A program made the position numbers and the translations under genes. 64,000 bases of DNA, taken from positions 1,519-65,518 of the forward strand of contig JAMCZU010000035.1 of the NCBI GenBank assembly GCA_023485405.1. Reading direction: 5' to 3'. The notes beneath the pieces are model-generated. The model was not told the DNA's origin. It did not search any database and saw only the letters and a list, made by a program, of their open reading frames with translations. Positions 1 through 9,377 of the stretch are shown in pieces; within the stretch, counting starts at the first letter, position 1; each line of letters begins with the position of its first letter. This stretch comes from Patescibacteria group bacterium. GTDB lineage: Bacteria > Patescibacteriota > UBA1384 > UBA12157 > JAENIV01.

Positions 1-1882
1 TAGACCTTGGTCAAGGATTACATCACACATTAATTGGTATAACAAAGTGATTTCTGAAATGGCTAAACGTCATAAATTTTCTTTAGACACGCCAGTGGGT
101 GAATTACCACGTAAAATTCGTCAGATTGTTTTATATGGCGATAAAGCTATTGTGGGTGAAGCTGGTTTTGAGGGAGTAATTCCTAATTTAGAGCGTCGTT
201 ATAAAGAAACAGATTCCGATTATTTAAAATCTGAAATTGAAAAATATATGGTTGAACGAATCTGTCCTGATTGTGGCGGTAAACGTCTTCGTAGGGAAGT
301 CCTAAGTATTACGATTGGTGAGAAAAATATTGTTGATATCACTTCAATGAGTATTGAAAAGCTCCATGAATATTTTAATTTGGAATTAGGAAAAGTAAGT
401 CTTTCGGAAAATGAAAAAATTATTGCTTCTAAAATCGTCAATAGTATTTCTGAACGTTTAAAATTTTTGCTTGATGTGGGTCTGGGATATTTAACTTTAG
501 ATCGCAACGCCTCAACTTTAGCGGGTGGGGAAGCCCAACGAATAAGACTCGCAACTCAACTGGGCACCGGGCTAATGGGCGTTATTTATGTTTTAGATGA
601 ACCTTCAATCGGGCTTCATCCGCGGGACCATGAAAAATTACTTAAAACTTTTGATGTTCTAAAAAATTCTGGTAATAGCGTTATCGTAGTGGAACATGAT
701 CCTTTAACAATTGAGAAAGCTGATTGGGTAGTTGATATTGGTCCAGGGGCTGGTGATCATGGTGGTAAAGTGGTGGCTGAAGGAACACTTAAAGATATTA
801 TGAAAAATCCTGATTCTTTAACCGGTCAATATCTTTCCGGTGCTAAGAAAATTGAAATACCTAAAAAAAGACGACCACAGACTAAAGAAGAATTAATTAT
901 CAAAGGTGCCTCAGAATTTAATTTAAAAAATATTGATGTTAGGATTCCTTTAAATAATTTTGTCTGTCTAACCGGTGTTTCGGGTTCAGGTAAATCAACT
1001 TTGATTTTAGATATTTTAGCCAACTCTCTATCGAACAAATTACATCGAGCTAAAAATGAAATTGGCAAACACAAGGCAATTTCTGGCATTAAATTTTTAG
1101 ATAAAGTTGTCTCTGTTGATCAATCACCGATTGGTCGCACGCCGCGTTCTAATTTAACTACCTATACGAATTTATTTACTTATATCAGAGATATTTTTGC
1201 TAATATGCCGGAAGCGCAAGCGAAAAAACTTGATGCTTCAAAGTTCTCTTTCAACCTTCGTGGTGGCAGATGTGAAACTTGTCGAGGCGACGGTGTTTTA
1301 AAAATTGAAATGCATTTCTTGCCTGATGTTTATGTTACTTGTCCGGATTGCAAGGGCAAGCGTTATAATCCAGAAATCTTGGAAATTACTTTTAAAGGTA
1401 AAACGATTGCCGATGTTTTGGAAATGACGGTTGAAGATGCCTTGGTCTTTTTTAAAGATTTTCCGGAAATTTGCGACAAATTAAAAGTTTTAGAATCAGT
1501 TGGCTTAGGTTATATGCATCTGGGTCAGCCGGCTAATACTTTGTCTGGTGGAGAAGCGCAACGGATTAAACTTTCGGCCGAACTTTCACGTCACGATACG
1601 GGTCGGACTTTATATATTTTAGATGAGCCAACCACTGGTCTTCATTTTGAAGATATTAAAAGATTATTGGTGGTTTTGCAAGCCTTGGTGGATAAAGGCA
1701 ATACGGTGGTAGTAATTGAACATAATACTGATGTGATTAAATCAGCTGACTGGATTGTTGATTTGGGTCCGGAAGGAGGAGAAGGGGGTGGTCAAATTGT
1801 TGCTGAAGGAACTCCAGAACAGGTGGCCAAAATCGCCAAATCTTACACCGGTCAATATTTAAAAGAAGTTCTCAAAAATTAA
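1..1882 (+). CDS. uvrA: Excinuclease ABC subunit A, C-terminal ~611 aa (partial; the true start lies upstream of the window)
   Basis: Two ABC ATPase signature regions (LSGGEAQR, twice) and Walker A GVSGSGKST. Zinc-finger Cys pairs CPDCGG and CETCRGDG/CPDCKGKRY. The ORF reading frame is open to the window edge. Confidence 0.9.
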   Translation, partial: RPWSRITSHINWYNKVISEMAKRHKFSLDTPVGELPRKIRQIVLYGDKAIVGEAGFEGVIPNLERRYKETDSDYLKSEIEKYMVERICPDCGGKRLRREVLSITIGEKNIVDITSMSIEKLHEYFNLELGKVSLSENEKIIASKIVNSISERLKFLLDVGLGYLTLDRNASTLAGGEAQRIRLATQLGTGLMGVIYVLDEPSIGLHPRDHEKLLKTFDVLKNSGNSVIVVEHDPLTIEKADWVVDIGPGAGDHGGKVVAEGTLKDIMKNPDSLTGQYLSGAKKIEIPKKRRPQTKEELIIKGASEFNLKNIDVRIPLNNFVCLTGVSGSGKSTLILDILANSLSNKLHRAKNEIGKHKAISGIKFLDKVVSVDQSPIGRTPRSNLTTYTNLFTYIRDIFANMPEAQAKKLDASKFSFNLRGGRCETCRGDGVLKIEMHFLPDVYVTCPDCKGKRYNPEILEITFKGKTIADVLEMTVEDALVFFKDFPEICDKLKVLESVGLGYMHLGQPANTLSGGEAQRIKLSAELSRHDTGRTLYILDEPTTGLHFEDIKRLLVVLQALVDKGNTVVVIEHNTDVIKSADWIVDLGPEGGEGGGQIVAEGTPEQVAKIAKSYTGQYLKEVLKN

Positions 1883-1887
1883 AAAAA

Positions 1888-1914
1888 GCGGATGCTTGGA
1901 GTCTAAGCATCCGC
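1888..1914. terminator. 10-bp GC-rich hairpin gcggatgctt/aagcatccgc. The A7 run on the plus strand gives a T7 run on the minus strand, so it terminates the minus-strand gene at 1928-2221 and may also act on uvrA.
   Basis: Perfect inverted repeat seen directly. The T-run is present only on the minus-strand side. Confidence 0.6.
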
Positions 1915-1927
1915 GAAGAGGGGAGGG

Positions 1928-2221
1928 TTAGTAGCGACTGAAAAAGGGTGAATGGGGCATGCGAAGAATTATCTCCCAGTTGCCGAGAACAAAACTCTCG
2001 GTTGGTTTGGTTGCGGTCCACTTACTATTGGGGCCGACCCATTGTATTCGCCTTCCTTCGTTGTTGTAACCGAAGGATTTACCAGTCAAGATACCATTGC
2101 ATTTTGGACAATACCATTCGGCATGGATAGCGTCGGCTGGCAGATCGGTGATAGTAAGTAGCGTGTTGCAGTGTTCACAGAGACCTAGGGTGCAAAGTAG
2201 AATAATACGTCCTTCTGTCAT
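1928..2221 (-). CDS. Small zinc-ribbon protein (97 aa; CEHC...CPKC), function unknown. The gene is GC-rich relative to its neighbours.
   Basis: AAGGAG RBS 7 nt upstream of an internal ATG (MTEGR...). A minus-strand TTGACA-N17-TAAAAT promoter lies at about 2246-2288. The terminator hairpin is at 1888-1914. CxxC-x24-CxxC arrangement. Confidence 0.5.
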   Translation of the reverse strand: MTEGRIILLCTLGLCEHCNTLLTITDLPADAIHAEWYCPKCNGILTGKSFGYNNEGRRIQWVGPNSKWTATKPTESFVLGNWEIILRMPHSPFFSRY

Positions 2222-2282
2222 GGTCGTGCTCCTTATTTTTGAATTAAGAAACAACAATTAATTTTATACTCAAAAATTCATT

Positions 2283-2978
2283 TTGTCAAGAAGTGCAAAA
2301 ATAATTTTTTGGTATAATAAAACCGTGAAAAAGAGAGGACCAAAATTAAAATTAACGAAAAGATTACGGATTCCCAAAGACAATCATGAAGTAAATCTTA
2401 AAGAGCAAGGCTTTAATTTTATTTGTGGATTAGACGAAGTAGGACGTGGGGCATGGGCCGGGCCGTTGGTCGCGGCGGCTGTGATTTTGGACAGAAGATA
2501 TTATAAACTGCGTGATTCGAAATTATTAACATCAAAAGATAGGGAGAAGCTCTCGAGAAAAATTAAGAAAACCTGCTTTTGGGGGATTGGAGAAGTTAGT
2601 GTTGAAGAAATTGATGAATTAAAATTGACTAAAGCAACGCAGCTTGCTTTTCGGCGAGCGGTAGAAAATCTTAAGGTCAAACCAGATTTTGTTTTATCGG
2701 ATGGTTTTAAATTTGACTCACCTCTCCCCTGTCTTCATTTAATCAAAGGCGATATGAATTGTGTTTCCATTGCCGCTGCTTCAATTATCGCTAAAGTTTA
2801 TCGCGACAAGTTAATGTTACAGTTAGACGAAAAAATAGAAGGATATAGTTTTGGGTTACATAAAGGTTATGGTACTAAATTACATCAGAAAAGACTGGAA
2901 AAATTGGGTCCAAGTGTACATCATAGGAGATGTTGCAAGCCAATTGGTAGATTGACAAATAGAGATTATATGGTATAA
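2283..2978 (+). CDS. rnhB: Ribonuclease HII. The start is uncertain: the ORF track uses TTG 2283, and GTG 2325 is an alternative.
   Basis: GLDEVGRGAWAGPLVAAAV catalytic motif and overall colinearity with RnhB. The stop TAA 2976-2978 sits inside the -10 hexamer of the rnpB promoter. Confidence 0.85.
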   Translation: MSRSAKIIFWYNKTVKKRGPKLKLTKRLRIPKDNHEVNLKEQGFNFICGLDEVGRGAWAGPLVAAAVILDRRYYKLRDSKLLTSKDREKLSRKIKKTCFWGIGEVSVEEIDELKLTKATQLAFRRAVENLKVKPDFVLSDGFKFDSPLPCLHLIKGDMNCVSIAAASIIAKVYRDKLMLQLDEKIEGYSFGLHKGYGTKLHQKRLEKLGPSVHHRRCCKPIGRLTNRDYMV

Positions 2979-2979
2979 T
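2952..2979 (+). promoter_or_regulatory. Sigma-70 promoter of rnpB: TTGACA (2952-2957), 16-nt spacer, extended -10 TGgTATAAT (2971-2979)
   Basis: Near-consensus hexamers. The predicted transcription start at about 2986 coincides with the 5' end of the P1 helix. Confidence 0.65.
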
Positions 2980-2985
2980 ATACTT

Positions 2986-3331
2986 GCCTTAAGTAATCGA
3001 GGCAGTTAGTCCGACGTTACGTCGGACAGGAAAGTCCAGGCACCACAGAGTGTTGTAGTCCGATGTTGAGTCGGACCGTCCGTGAGGATAGGGAAAGTGC
3101 AACAGAAACATACCGCTAACCGTCCGCCAGCTGGCGGATAGGAGTAAGGTTGAAATCGTGTGGTAAGAGCACACGCGTATCTATGGTGACATAGTGCGGG
3201 GCAAACCCTACATGGTGCAAGTCTGGTGGGCTCCATTCATCATCAAGGTCTACTCGACCAGATGTCCGGGAGTCCAGACGCGTTAGATAGATGCTGTCAA
3301 AACAAAACCTGGCTTATCGATTGCTTAGGGC
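2986..3331 (+). ncRNA. rnpB: RNase P RNA, bacterial type A
   Basis: Conserved blocks AGGAAAGTCCAGGC (CR-I/P4), GTGCAACAGAAACATACCGC, GGTTGAAATCGTGTGGTAAGAGCACAC and ACAAAACCTGGCTTATCG (P4 3' strand). The 15-bp P1 helix pairs 2986-3000 (gccttaagtaatcga) with 3317-3331 (tcgattgcttagggc) and is followed by a T6 run. Local GC is well above background. Confidence 0.9.
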
Positions 3332-3377
3332 TTTTTTGTTGAAAAAATATGGTAGAAATGATATCATCAAAATGTAT

Positions 3378-3451
3378 TCCCGGGTCGGCTAATGGTAGGC
3401 CACGACCCTTTGAAGGTCGGTGTCTTGGTTCGAATCCAAGCCCGGGAGCCA
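3378..3451 (+). tRNA. tRNA-Gln (anticodon TTG), 74 nt with an encoded CCA
   Basis: Hand-folded cloverleaf: acceptor tcccggg/cccggga; D stem ggct/ggcc; anticodon stem cgacc/ggtcg with loop cTTTGaa; T arm cttgg-ttcgaat-ccaag; discriminator G plus CCA. Confidence 0.8.
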
Positions 3452-3494
3452 TAAATCAATCAAACAATATTAAATACATAAAAAAAGGAGAATT

Positions 3495-3896
3495 ATGAAG
3501 GGTTTTGTTTCAAACATTGAACAAGACACATTGGAGAATAATAATTTTCGCAAAGTGCTTTACACTGGAAAACACAGCCAATTGGTTTTAATGTCTTTAA
3601 AGCCAAAAGAAGAAATTGGGATGGAAGTTCATGAGGAAAATGATCAATTTTTCCGTTTTGAAAAGGGAGAAGGAAAGTGTATTATTGATGGCAATGAATC
3701 AATGGTGCAAGATGGCTCAGCTGTCGTTGTCCCAGCAGGGGCAGAACATAATATTATTAACACTTCAACCGAAGAAGATCTTAAACTTTACACTATTTAC
3801 TCTCCAGCACATCATAAAGACGGCATTGTTCGAACGACTAAAGCCGAAGCTTTAGCTGACGGTCCAGAATTTGACGGTGTTACCACTGAGTCATGA
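3495..3896 (+). CDS. Cupin-fold protein (cupin_2-like)
   Basis: AAGGAG RBS. Motifs G(M)EVHEH...VVVPAGAEHNIIN are typical of a small cupin barrel. Confidence 0.7.
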   Translation: MKGFVSNIEQDTLENNNFRKVLYTGKHSQLVLMSLKPKEEIGMEVHEENDQFFRFEKGEGKCIIDGNESMVQDGSAVVVPAGAEHNIINTSTEEDLKLYTIYSPAHHKDGIVRTTKAEALADGPEFDGVTTES

Positions 3897-3920
3897 AAAT
3901 AAAATTTTCTAGGAGGTCTA

Positions 3921-4685
3921 ATGAACCAAGAATTTGGCGCTCAACCTGAGGGGCAAGCCGAATGGCATGAGCCAACTAATGAGGTAAAAGAGGAAGAAAA
4001 AGAAGGAGCGATGGGTAAAATATCTCATCTTCTCCAAAAATTACCAGGTGGAAAATTTCTTCTTCCTTCAGCCGCCATTATTTCACTTTGGGGTGGAAGT
4101 ATTGAAGAATCAAGGGCTGATGCCAAAGATTGGTTAAGGTATAAAAATGGTGTTGAAATGACTATGCCATACGTAGCAGCTGATGTATTTAAAGCTGGAG
4201 TAACACGAAAAGCCGATGGCAGCTATAATTATATTGTAGAAGATGAAGAAAAATTTAACCAAGCATCTAGTACTAAAATGGGCGATTTAATTTATCAGTC
4301 AAATGAAGATATTAGTCTGCCTTCAAATCCGGAAAAATTTATTAAAGCTGATCTTGCAGATTTTAAAAATGAATTAGGGAAGAATTGCAAAGACAAAAAA
4401 TTAGTTAGTACTTTGGGAAATGAAATGGACAAATTTGCTAACGAAGTTTTTCCCCAGGGTTTGGGTAAAGATGGGTATGTTAATGTTGGAGATAGACCAA
4501 CTAAAATACAGTTTGCCGAGCTTCAGGCAGCAGAGTTAGAAGTTTCTGAGCATATGGCTAAAACTCAAAAAGAAATTTATACAATTAAAGACAAATCACG
4601 GGTGTCAGTCACTGGTATTGTTTTAACAGAGTATTATGATTTAATTAAAAAAGCAGCGGTGCTTAACATGGCGCGAGATAATTAA
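3921..4685 (+). CDS. Hypothetical protein, 254 aa, acidic N-terminus
   Basis: AGGAGG RBS. No motif recognised. Confidence 0.55.
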   Translation: MNQEFGAQPEGQAEWHEPTNEVKEEEKEGAMGKISHLLQKLPGGKFLLPSAAIISLWGGSIEESRADAKDWLRYKNGVEMTMPYVAADVFKAGVTRKADGSYNYIVEDEEKFNQASSTKMGDLIYQSNEDISLPSNPEKFIKADLADFKNELGKNCKDKKLVSTLGNEMDKFANEVFPQGLGKDGYVNVGDRPTKIQFAELQAAELEVSEHMAKTQKEIYTIKDKSRVSVTGIVLTEYYDLIKKAAVLNMARDN

Positions 4686-4718
4686 AAAAATCAAGGTAAA
4701 AAATTAGAAAGGATAATT

Positions 4719-4808
4719 ATGTCAGAAGATAAAAAATGTTGCGATTGCGAATGTAATGAAGAAAAAGAAAATTGTTGCACTGAAGAACAAGACGAAAAAG
4801 AAGAGTAG
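4719..4808 (+). CDS. 29-aa Cys-rich acidic peptide (MSEDKKCCDCECNEEKENCCTEEQDEKEE), a possible metallothionein-like metal-binding peptide
   Basis: GAAAGGA RBS 8 nt upstream. Six Cys in 29 residues. It lies adjacent to the copper locus. Confidence 0.35.
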   Translation: MSEDKKCCDCECNEEKENCCTEEQDEKEE

Positions 4809-4856
4809 AATTTAGTCTGTCTAGAAAATTAACCCAATTTGTGGTATAATATAGGT

Positions 4857-5219
4857 GCATTAAGAAATATTGAAGAATATACTTTAAAGCCGACACGTTA
4901 AGGTTTTTATCTTTTATCCAAGCCTGGTTGCAGATTATGGGGGAATGGTATTTCCGGCTATCATGTCCGTCCCAAACTATAAAGAGATTTTAGGCGGAAG
5001 AGTATGTTGGAGCCATTCAACTTAAGATCAAATACTAGGTTTTGGAAGATAAAAAAACCTTTCGAAGCGAGCTTTGAAGGAAAGCTGGGAGTAACAACAT
5101 TTTACAATTGGGATCCGGTGTCTCTTAACTCATAACATTGATTTAAGAGCAGGATACCGCCTTAAATAAAAACGCTCAGCAACTTCCCTCGCTTCGGAAG
5201 GGGAATAAGCGGTTTTTTT
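4857..5219 (+). ncRNA. Candidate non-coding RNA of unknown family. The interval is bounded by a promoter and a terminator, and no ORF of 40 aa or more lies between them.
   Basis: Extended -10 gTGgTATAAT at 4841-4850, nearly identical to the rnpB promoter. There are several internal hairpins. The 3' stem cgctt...aagcg is followed directly by T7 at 5213-5219. The neighbouring genes are on the opposite strand and convergent with it. Confidence 0.3.
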
Positions 5220-5796
5220 ATTTTAGAGTAATTTTAATTTTATCAAGAATTTCTTGACTTGTCACTCGCATATCCGGATAATCACTTACCCATTTAATTT
5301 TTTTATCAGTTCCTACTAACACAAAAGTATGTCCCGGACTTTCGCCCGCATGCATTGAAGAAGATAGATCAAGAGTTTCATAGTCTCGAGACATCTTTTT
5401 ATTAAGATCTAAGAGAATCGGTAGCTTCAGATTATTACCTTCAATAATTGGTTTCCAAGAATCAGCCGAGTTTACTCCAATTGTTGCGATCGCGATATTT
5501 TCCGAAAGAAACTTTTCCTGTTCCTTTTGAAGATCAATAATTTGCTGCCAGCAAGGCGCACAACCGGGTCCTTCATTAAAATACAGAAGTAAATTCTTGT
5601 CTTTGTAATCTGACAAAGAAACGATTTTACCGGAATAATCTTTAACGCTAAAATCAGGTGCAGGGGTTCCTACCTTTAATCCTTCAACTGGTCCTTCTCC
5701 TTTAAATTGATCAAATAGTGCTATTCCACCGATTATTAACGCAATTACACCAACTATAGTAAGCGTAGTCAATATTTTACTACTTGCTTTTTTCAT
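5218..5796 (-). CDS. Membrane-anchored thiol:disulfide oxidoreductase, TlpA/ResA-like thioredoxin fold (CAPC active site)
   Basis: N-terminal TM helix. The thioredoxin CxxC motif reads GCAPCW. There is a 17-nt overlap with the upstream ccdA-like gene, which suggests translational coupling. Confidence 0.8.
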   Translation of the reverse strand: MKKASSKILTTLTIVGVIALIIGGIALFDQFKGEGPVEGLKVGTPAPDFSVKDYSGKIVSLSDYKDKNLLLYFNEGPGCAPCWQQIIDLQKEQEKFLSENIAIATIGVNSADSWKPIIEGNNLKLPILLDLNKKMSRDYETLDLSSSMHAGESPGHTFVLVGTDKKIKWVSDYPDMRVTSQEILDKIKITLK

Positions 5797-6655
5797 TATT
5801 CCTCCTGGTAAATTTAATTGTTTGCCAAATTAAGATTACAAAAATTATTATAATCAAAGCTACCCAGATATATTCGGGGATCATTTTGGTTTTAGCGACG
5901 ATTAAGTTAGTTAAATTGTTAAAAGCGGTTGACATTTTCATTTCATATGAGGAACTAATCGACGTTTTACCTAGGAGTGTCAAAACCACAATCAAAATAC
6001 CCATCCCACCAAAAATGATAGCTGAAATAAGATGAGTTGAATGAATGTAGTATTTTTTGCCAAATAATTTCCAGGCATAAATTTTACCTTGGAGTAATTT
6101 CGAACGTGAAAAATCGTAACGATCCCAAAAATAAGACATAAAAACGAGTGGTGAAACCATACCCAAAATATAAGTTAAACTTAAAAGAATTGAATAAAGC
6201 ATTTTTCCAGATAAAGCGCTAACCGTCAACACGCCAATCAGAACCGGTGTGCAACACGAACTGGCCGCGCCGGAAAGCACACCAAGCAGAAAAACTGACA
6301 GTGGATCGCTCTTTTTAAGATTAGGATTATGCGTCTTAAAAGGCATAGGAATAGTTTTACCAAAAATGGCCAGAACTGCCAGAATAATCAAAAACATTCC
6401 ACCAAGTAAAAAGACTTCGTCATGATAATGAGAAATAAGTTTTGCCAAGGCCGTTAGGCCTAAACTTATCGGTACTAAAACCACTGCCAGACCCAAAAAG
6501 AAAATAAAGGTCATTAAAAGAATCTTTGATTTTTGCTTAAAAGCCGAAGCAAAATAAGCTGGAAAAATAAAAGTGACACAACAAGGTGCTAAAAGCGCTA
6601 AAATTCCTCCCAGGAACGATGCGACCACTGATGCCCCCAGTAATGTTGGACTCAT
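5780..6655 (-). CDS. CcdA/DsbD-family membrane thiol-transfer protein (cytochrome c biogenesis-like) with paired Cys motifs (APCC, SSCCTP)
   Basis: Polytopic membrane protein with two cysteine-containing TM motifs positioned as in CcdA/DsbD_2. Encoded in an operon with the TlpA-like gene. Confidence 0.6.
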   Translation of the reverse strand: MSPTLLGASVVASFLGGILALLAPCCVTFIFPAYFASAFKQKSKILLMTFIFFLGLAVVLVPISLGLTALAKLISHYHDEVFLLGGMFLIILAVLAIFGKTIPMPFKTHNPNLKKSDPLSVFLLGVLSGAASSCCTPVLIGVLTVSALSGKMLYSILLSLTYILGMVSPLVFMSYFWDRYDFSRSKLLQGKIYAWKLFGKKYYIHSTHLISAIIFGGMGILIVVLTLLGKTSISSSYEMKMSTAFNNLTNLIVAKTKMIPEYIWVALIIIIFVILIWQTIKFTRRNNEKSK

Positions 6656-6670
6656 TTTTATCCCTCTGTG

Positions 6671-6922
6671 TTAATTCATTTTATTGTATAGCCAGACGAA
6701 AAGCCAAACAATCAGATAGGTGACAATGTCTATTAGGACCAAACCGATGATGGCTGAAGTAAAAGTAATCTCTGGCTTTGACGTGATAGTTCCGAAATGA
6801 ACAAGATAGCCGGCAAAGTTACTGTAAATACTTGGCAGTACAGCGGCAAAGAAGGTACAGATGAGATAAAGAATTGTCATCCAAACGACGGCTACTTTGG
6901 CAATTTTTGTTCCGTTGAGCAT
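6671..6922 (-). CDS. Small membrane protein (83 aa), hypothetical
   Basis: GGAG RBS. Two or three hydrophobic helices. Lies in the operon between copA and the ccdA-like gene. Confidence 0.5.
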   Translation of the reverse strand: MLNGTKIAKVAVVWMTILYLICTFFAAVLPSIYSNFAGYLVHFGTITSKPEITFTSAIIGLVLIDIVTYLIVWLFVWLYNKMN

Positions 6923-6955
6923 TTTTTCTCCTTTCTATTTTTTTAATTAAAACTC

Positions 6956-9376
6956 CTATTTAGTTTCAAGTTGACAAGTAGTTGTTTTGTTACACGATGT
7001 TTTATTAATCATATTTTCTTGCTCGGTCATATTTGAACTTAGCCGGGCAAACTGAAGGAAAAGCAAAACAAAAATGACGATCATGGCATATGGGGCAATT
7101 TTCGAAAAATAATTAATTTTAGCTGGTCTGAAATACTTAATTAAGAGTGAATTACTGACAACCGAAATAGAACTTAGGGCCATTGCTAAACCAGCTAATT
7201 CTGGTCTTAAAACCAAACCAAATTCCATAAAAACCCGAGCAGCAATGGGAATACCAATGACATTATATAAAAGAGCAAAAACCATATTTTGTTTTATTTT
7301 TGAAAATGTTTCTTTGGCTAATTCAATGGCGGTGACAACATCGTTAAGATCATTTTTAATAATCACAATACCGCCGGTTTCCATCGCCACATCAGTGCCA
7401 GAACCCATGGCAATGCCCAAATTGGCTTGAGCCAAAGCGGGGGCGTCGTTAATACCATCGCCGACCATGGCGACAATACGACCATTTTCTTGAAGTTTTT
7501 TAACTTCATTGGCTTTATCTTCGGGTAAAACTTCAGCTAAAACATTAGTGATACCAGCCTCTTTGGCAATCGCTTGAGCAGTTCGGACGTTGTCGCCAGT
7601 AATCATATAAATTTCAATCCCTAGATTTTGAAGTTTTTCAATTGCTTCTTTGGTCGTTTCTTTGATTGTATCAGCCACCGCAATTGCACCTAATAAATCT
7701 TTTTCGGAAGCGATGATCATTACGGTTTTACCCTGTTCCTCAAGCTTAGCCACTTCCTGCTCGATAGAGTTAATTGGCAGATTAACAATATCGGTAATTA
7801 GTTTTCGATTCCCGAAAAAATATTTTTTCTGATTGATTATACCTTCAACGCCGTGACCGGCAATGGCTTTAAAATTTGAAATTGATGAAAGTGTGATATT
7901 TTTTTCTTGGGCAAACCCGTAAATTGCTTCGGCCAGTGGGTGTTCTGAAGATTTTTCTAAACTGGCGGTAATTTTTAAAATTTCATTTTTATTTAAATTG
8001 CCAAAAGTTAAAATATCGGTTACCTGAGGTTTTCCTTTAGTTAAAGTGCCGGTTTTATCAAAAATAATGGTGTTAATGCGGTTGGCGGCTTCTAACGGTT
8101 CGCCACCTTTAATTAAAATACCGTATTCGGCGCCTTTACCCGTACCAACCATAATGGCGGTGGGAGTGGCTAATCCCAAAGCGCAAGGACAAGCAATTAC
8201 AATCACGGCCGTAAAAGTCATTAGTGAAAAAGAAAGTCCGGCGTTAAAACCAATAAACCAAACTAAAAAAGTTAAAATGGCCAAACTAATGACGGCTGGG
8301 ACAAACCAGGCCGAAATTCTATCGGCGAAAGTTTGAATGGGCGCTTTTGATCCTTGAGCTTCTTCGATTAAGCGAATAATTTGGGCTAGGGTAGATTCTT
8401 CACCGACACGTTCGGCTGTAAATTCAAAACTACCTTGTTTATTAATCGTGGCGCCGATCACAGTATCGCCTGGGTTTTTTTCAACCGGAATACTCTCACC
8501 GGTGATCATTGATTCATCAACTGCCGAAGAGCCTTTGGTGATTTTGCCGTCAACGGGAATTTTCTCGCCAGGACGAACTAAAATAGTATCACCAGCGACA
8601 ACTTTATCAATGGGCAAATCCAAAGTTTTACCATTGCGAATTACTCGAGCGGTTTTAGCCTGCAAACCCATTAGTTTTTTAATGGCATCGGAAGTTTTGC
8701 CTTTAGCCTGCATTTCTAAGTATTTGCCCAATAAAACAAAAGTAATCAAAAAAGCGGCAGTTTCAAAGTAGAGATCGGGAATTTTTTGGCTGGCTAGACC
8801 AAGTAGCGAACGATTGGTCAAAGCAAAGTTGGTAAAATTAAATAAGCTATAAAAATAAGCCGCCGAGGTGCCGATGGCAATCAGGCTATCCATATTGAAA
8901 GTCTTCATCTTCAAAGAAGACCACATCCCTTTATAGAAGCCGGCGCCAATAATAAATTGAACCGGGGTGGCTAAGATTAAAGAAATAATACCAAAATAAG
9001 GTGGTAACGACATTCCTCCGGGCAGCCATTTGAAGAAATCCAAGAACATGAAATAAAGCATTGGCAAACTTAAAATTAAGCTAAAAATAAACTTTTTCCG
9101 CATGGCTGAAATTTCAAATTCTTGCTTTTTTCTTTCAAACTCGGCGTCTTTCTCGTTAATAGTTTCCGCTTTGTAGCCAGCTTTTTTAATTGCTTGGATA
9201 ATGTCTTTGGAAGAAGTGGATTTTTCGTCAAATAAAACAATTGCTTTTTCGGCGGCAAAATTGACATTAGCTTGACTAATTCCCGGCAATTTTTTAATCG
9301 AACGTTCAATGATTAAAGCACAAGAAGTGCAATGCATCCCCGAAAGTGAGAGTGAAATTTTTTTAGGACTATTCAT
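6956..9376 (-). CDS. copA: Cu(I)-translocating P1B-type ATPase with an N-terminal HMA domain
   Basis: GMHCTSCA metal-binding domain, CPC transmembrane motif, DKTGTLT phosphorylation site, [10 protein letters not shown] hinge. Confidence 0.9.
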   Translation of the reverse strand: MNSPKKISLSLSGMHCTSCALIIERSIKKLPGISQANVNFAAEKAIVLFDEKSTSSKDIIQAIKKAGYKAETINEKDAEFERKKQEFEISAMRKKFIFSLILSLPMLYFMFLDFFKWLPGGMSLPPYFGIISLILATPVQFIIGAGFYKGMWSSLKMKTFNMDSLIAIGTSAAYFYSLFNFTNFALTNRSLLGLASQKIPDLYFETAAFLITFVLLGKYLEMQAKGKTSDAIKKLMGLQAKTARVIRNGKTLDLPIDKVVAGDTILVRPGEKIPVDGKITKGSSAVDESMITGESIPVEKNPGDTVIGATINKQGSFEFTAERVGEESTLAQIIRLIEEAQGSKAPIQTFADRISAWFVPAVISLAILTFLVWFIGFNAGLSFSLMTFTAVIVIACPCALGLATPTAIMVGTGKGAEYGILIKGGEPLEAANRINTIIFDKTGTLTKGKPQVTDILTFGNLNKNEILKITASLEKSSEHPLAEAIYGFAQEKNITLSSISNFKAIAGHGVEGIINQKKYFFGNRKLITDIVNLPINSIEQEVAKLEEQGKTVMIIASEKDLLGAIAVADTIKETTKEAIEKLQNLGIEIYMITGDNVRTAQAIAKEAGITNVLAEVLPEDKANEVKKLQENGRIVAMVGDGINDAPALAQANLGIAMGSGTDVAMETGGIVIIKNDLNDVVTAIELAKETFSKIKQNMVFALLYNVIGIPIAARVFMEFGLVLRPELAGLAMALSSISVVSNSLLIKYFRPAKINYFSKIAPYAMIVIFVLLFLQFARLSSNMTEQENMINKTSCNKTTTCQLETK

Positions 9377-9377
9377 T

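Noticed and set aside
1948-2161. Plus-strand ORFs of 60 and 69 aa overlapping the minus-strand zinc-ribbon gene
   Set aside because: They have no RBS or promoter. The minus-strand frame has a promoter, an RBS and a terminator, so the plus-strand ORFs are antisense artefacts.
2989-3236. Two minus-strand ORFs (61 and 76 aa) in the GC-rich block after rnhB
   Set aside because: They lie entirely inside the RNase P RNA gene. Their open frames are a by-product of the high-GC structured RNA and they have no RBS.
3616-3855. 79-aa ORF within the cupin gene in another frame
   Set aside because: It is nested inside a gene that has an RBS and a recognisable cupin motif.
4857-5219. Identification of the non-coding interval as tmRNA or SRP RNA
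   Set aside because: There is no tRNA-like T-loop (GGTTCGA), no 3' ACCA acceptor, no tag-peptide frame ending ...AA-stop, and no convincing SRP domain IV GGAA tetraloop helix. The interval is left as an unclassified candidate ncRNA.
7245-8771. Several 60-107 aa plus-strand ORFs inside copA
   Set aside because: They are antisense to a well-supported P-type ATPase gene and lack RBSs. They are typical shadow ORFs.
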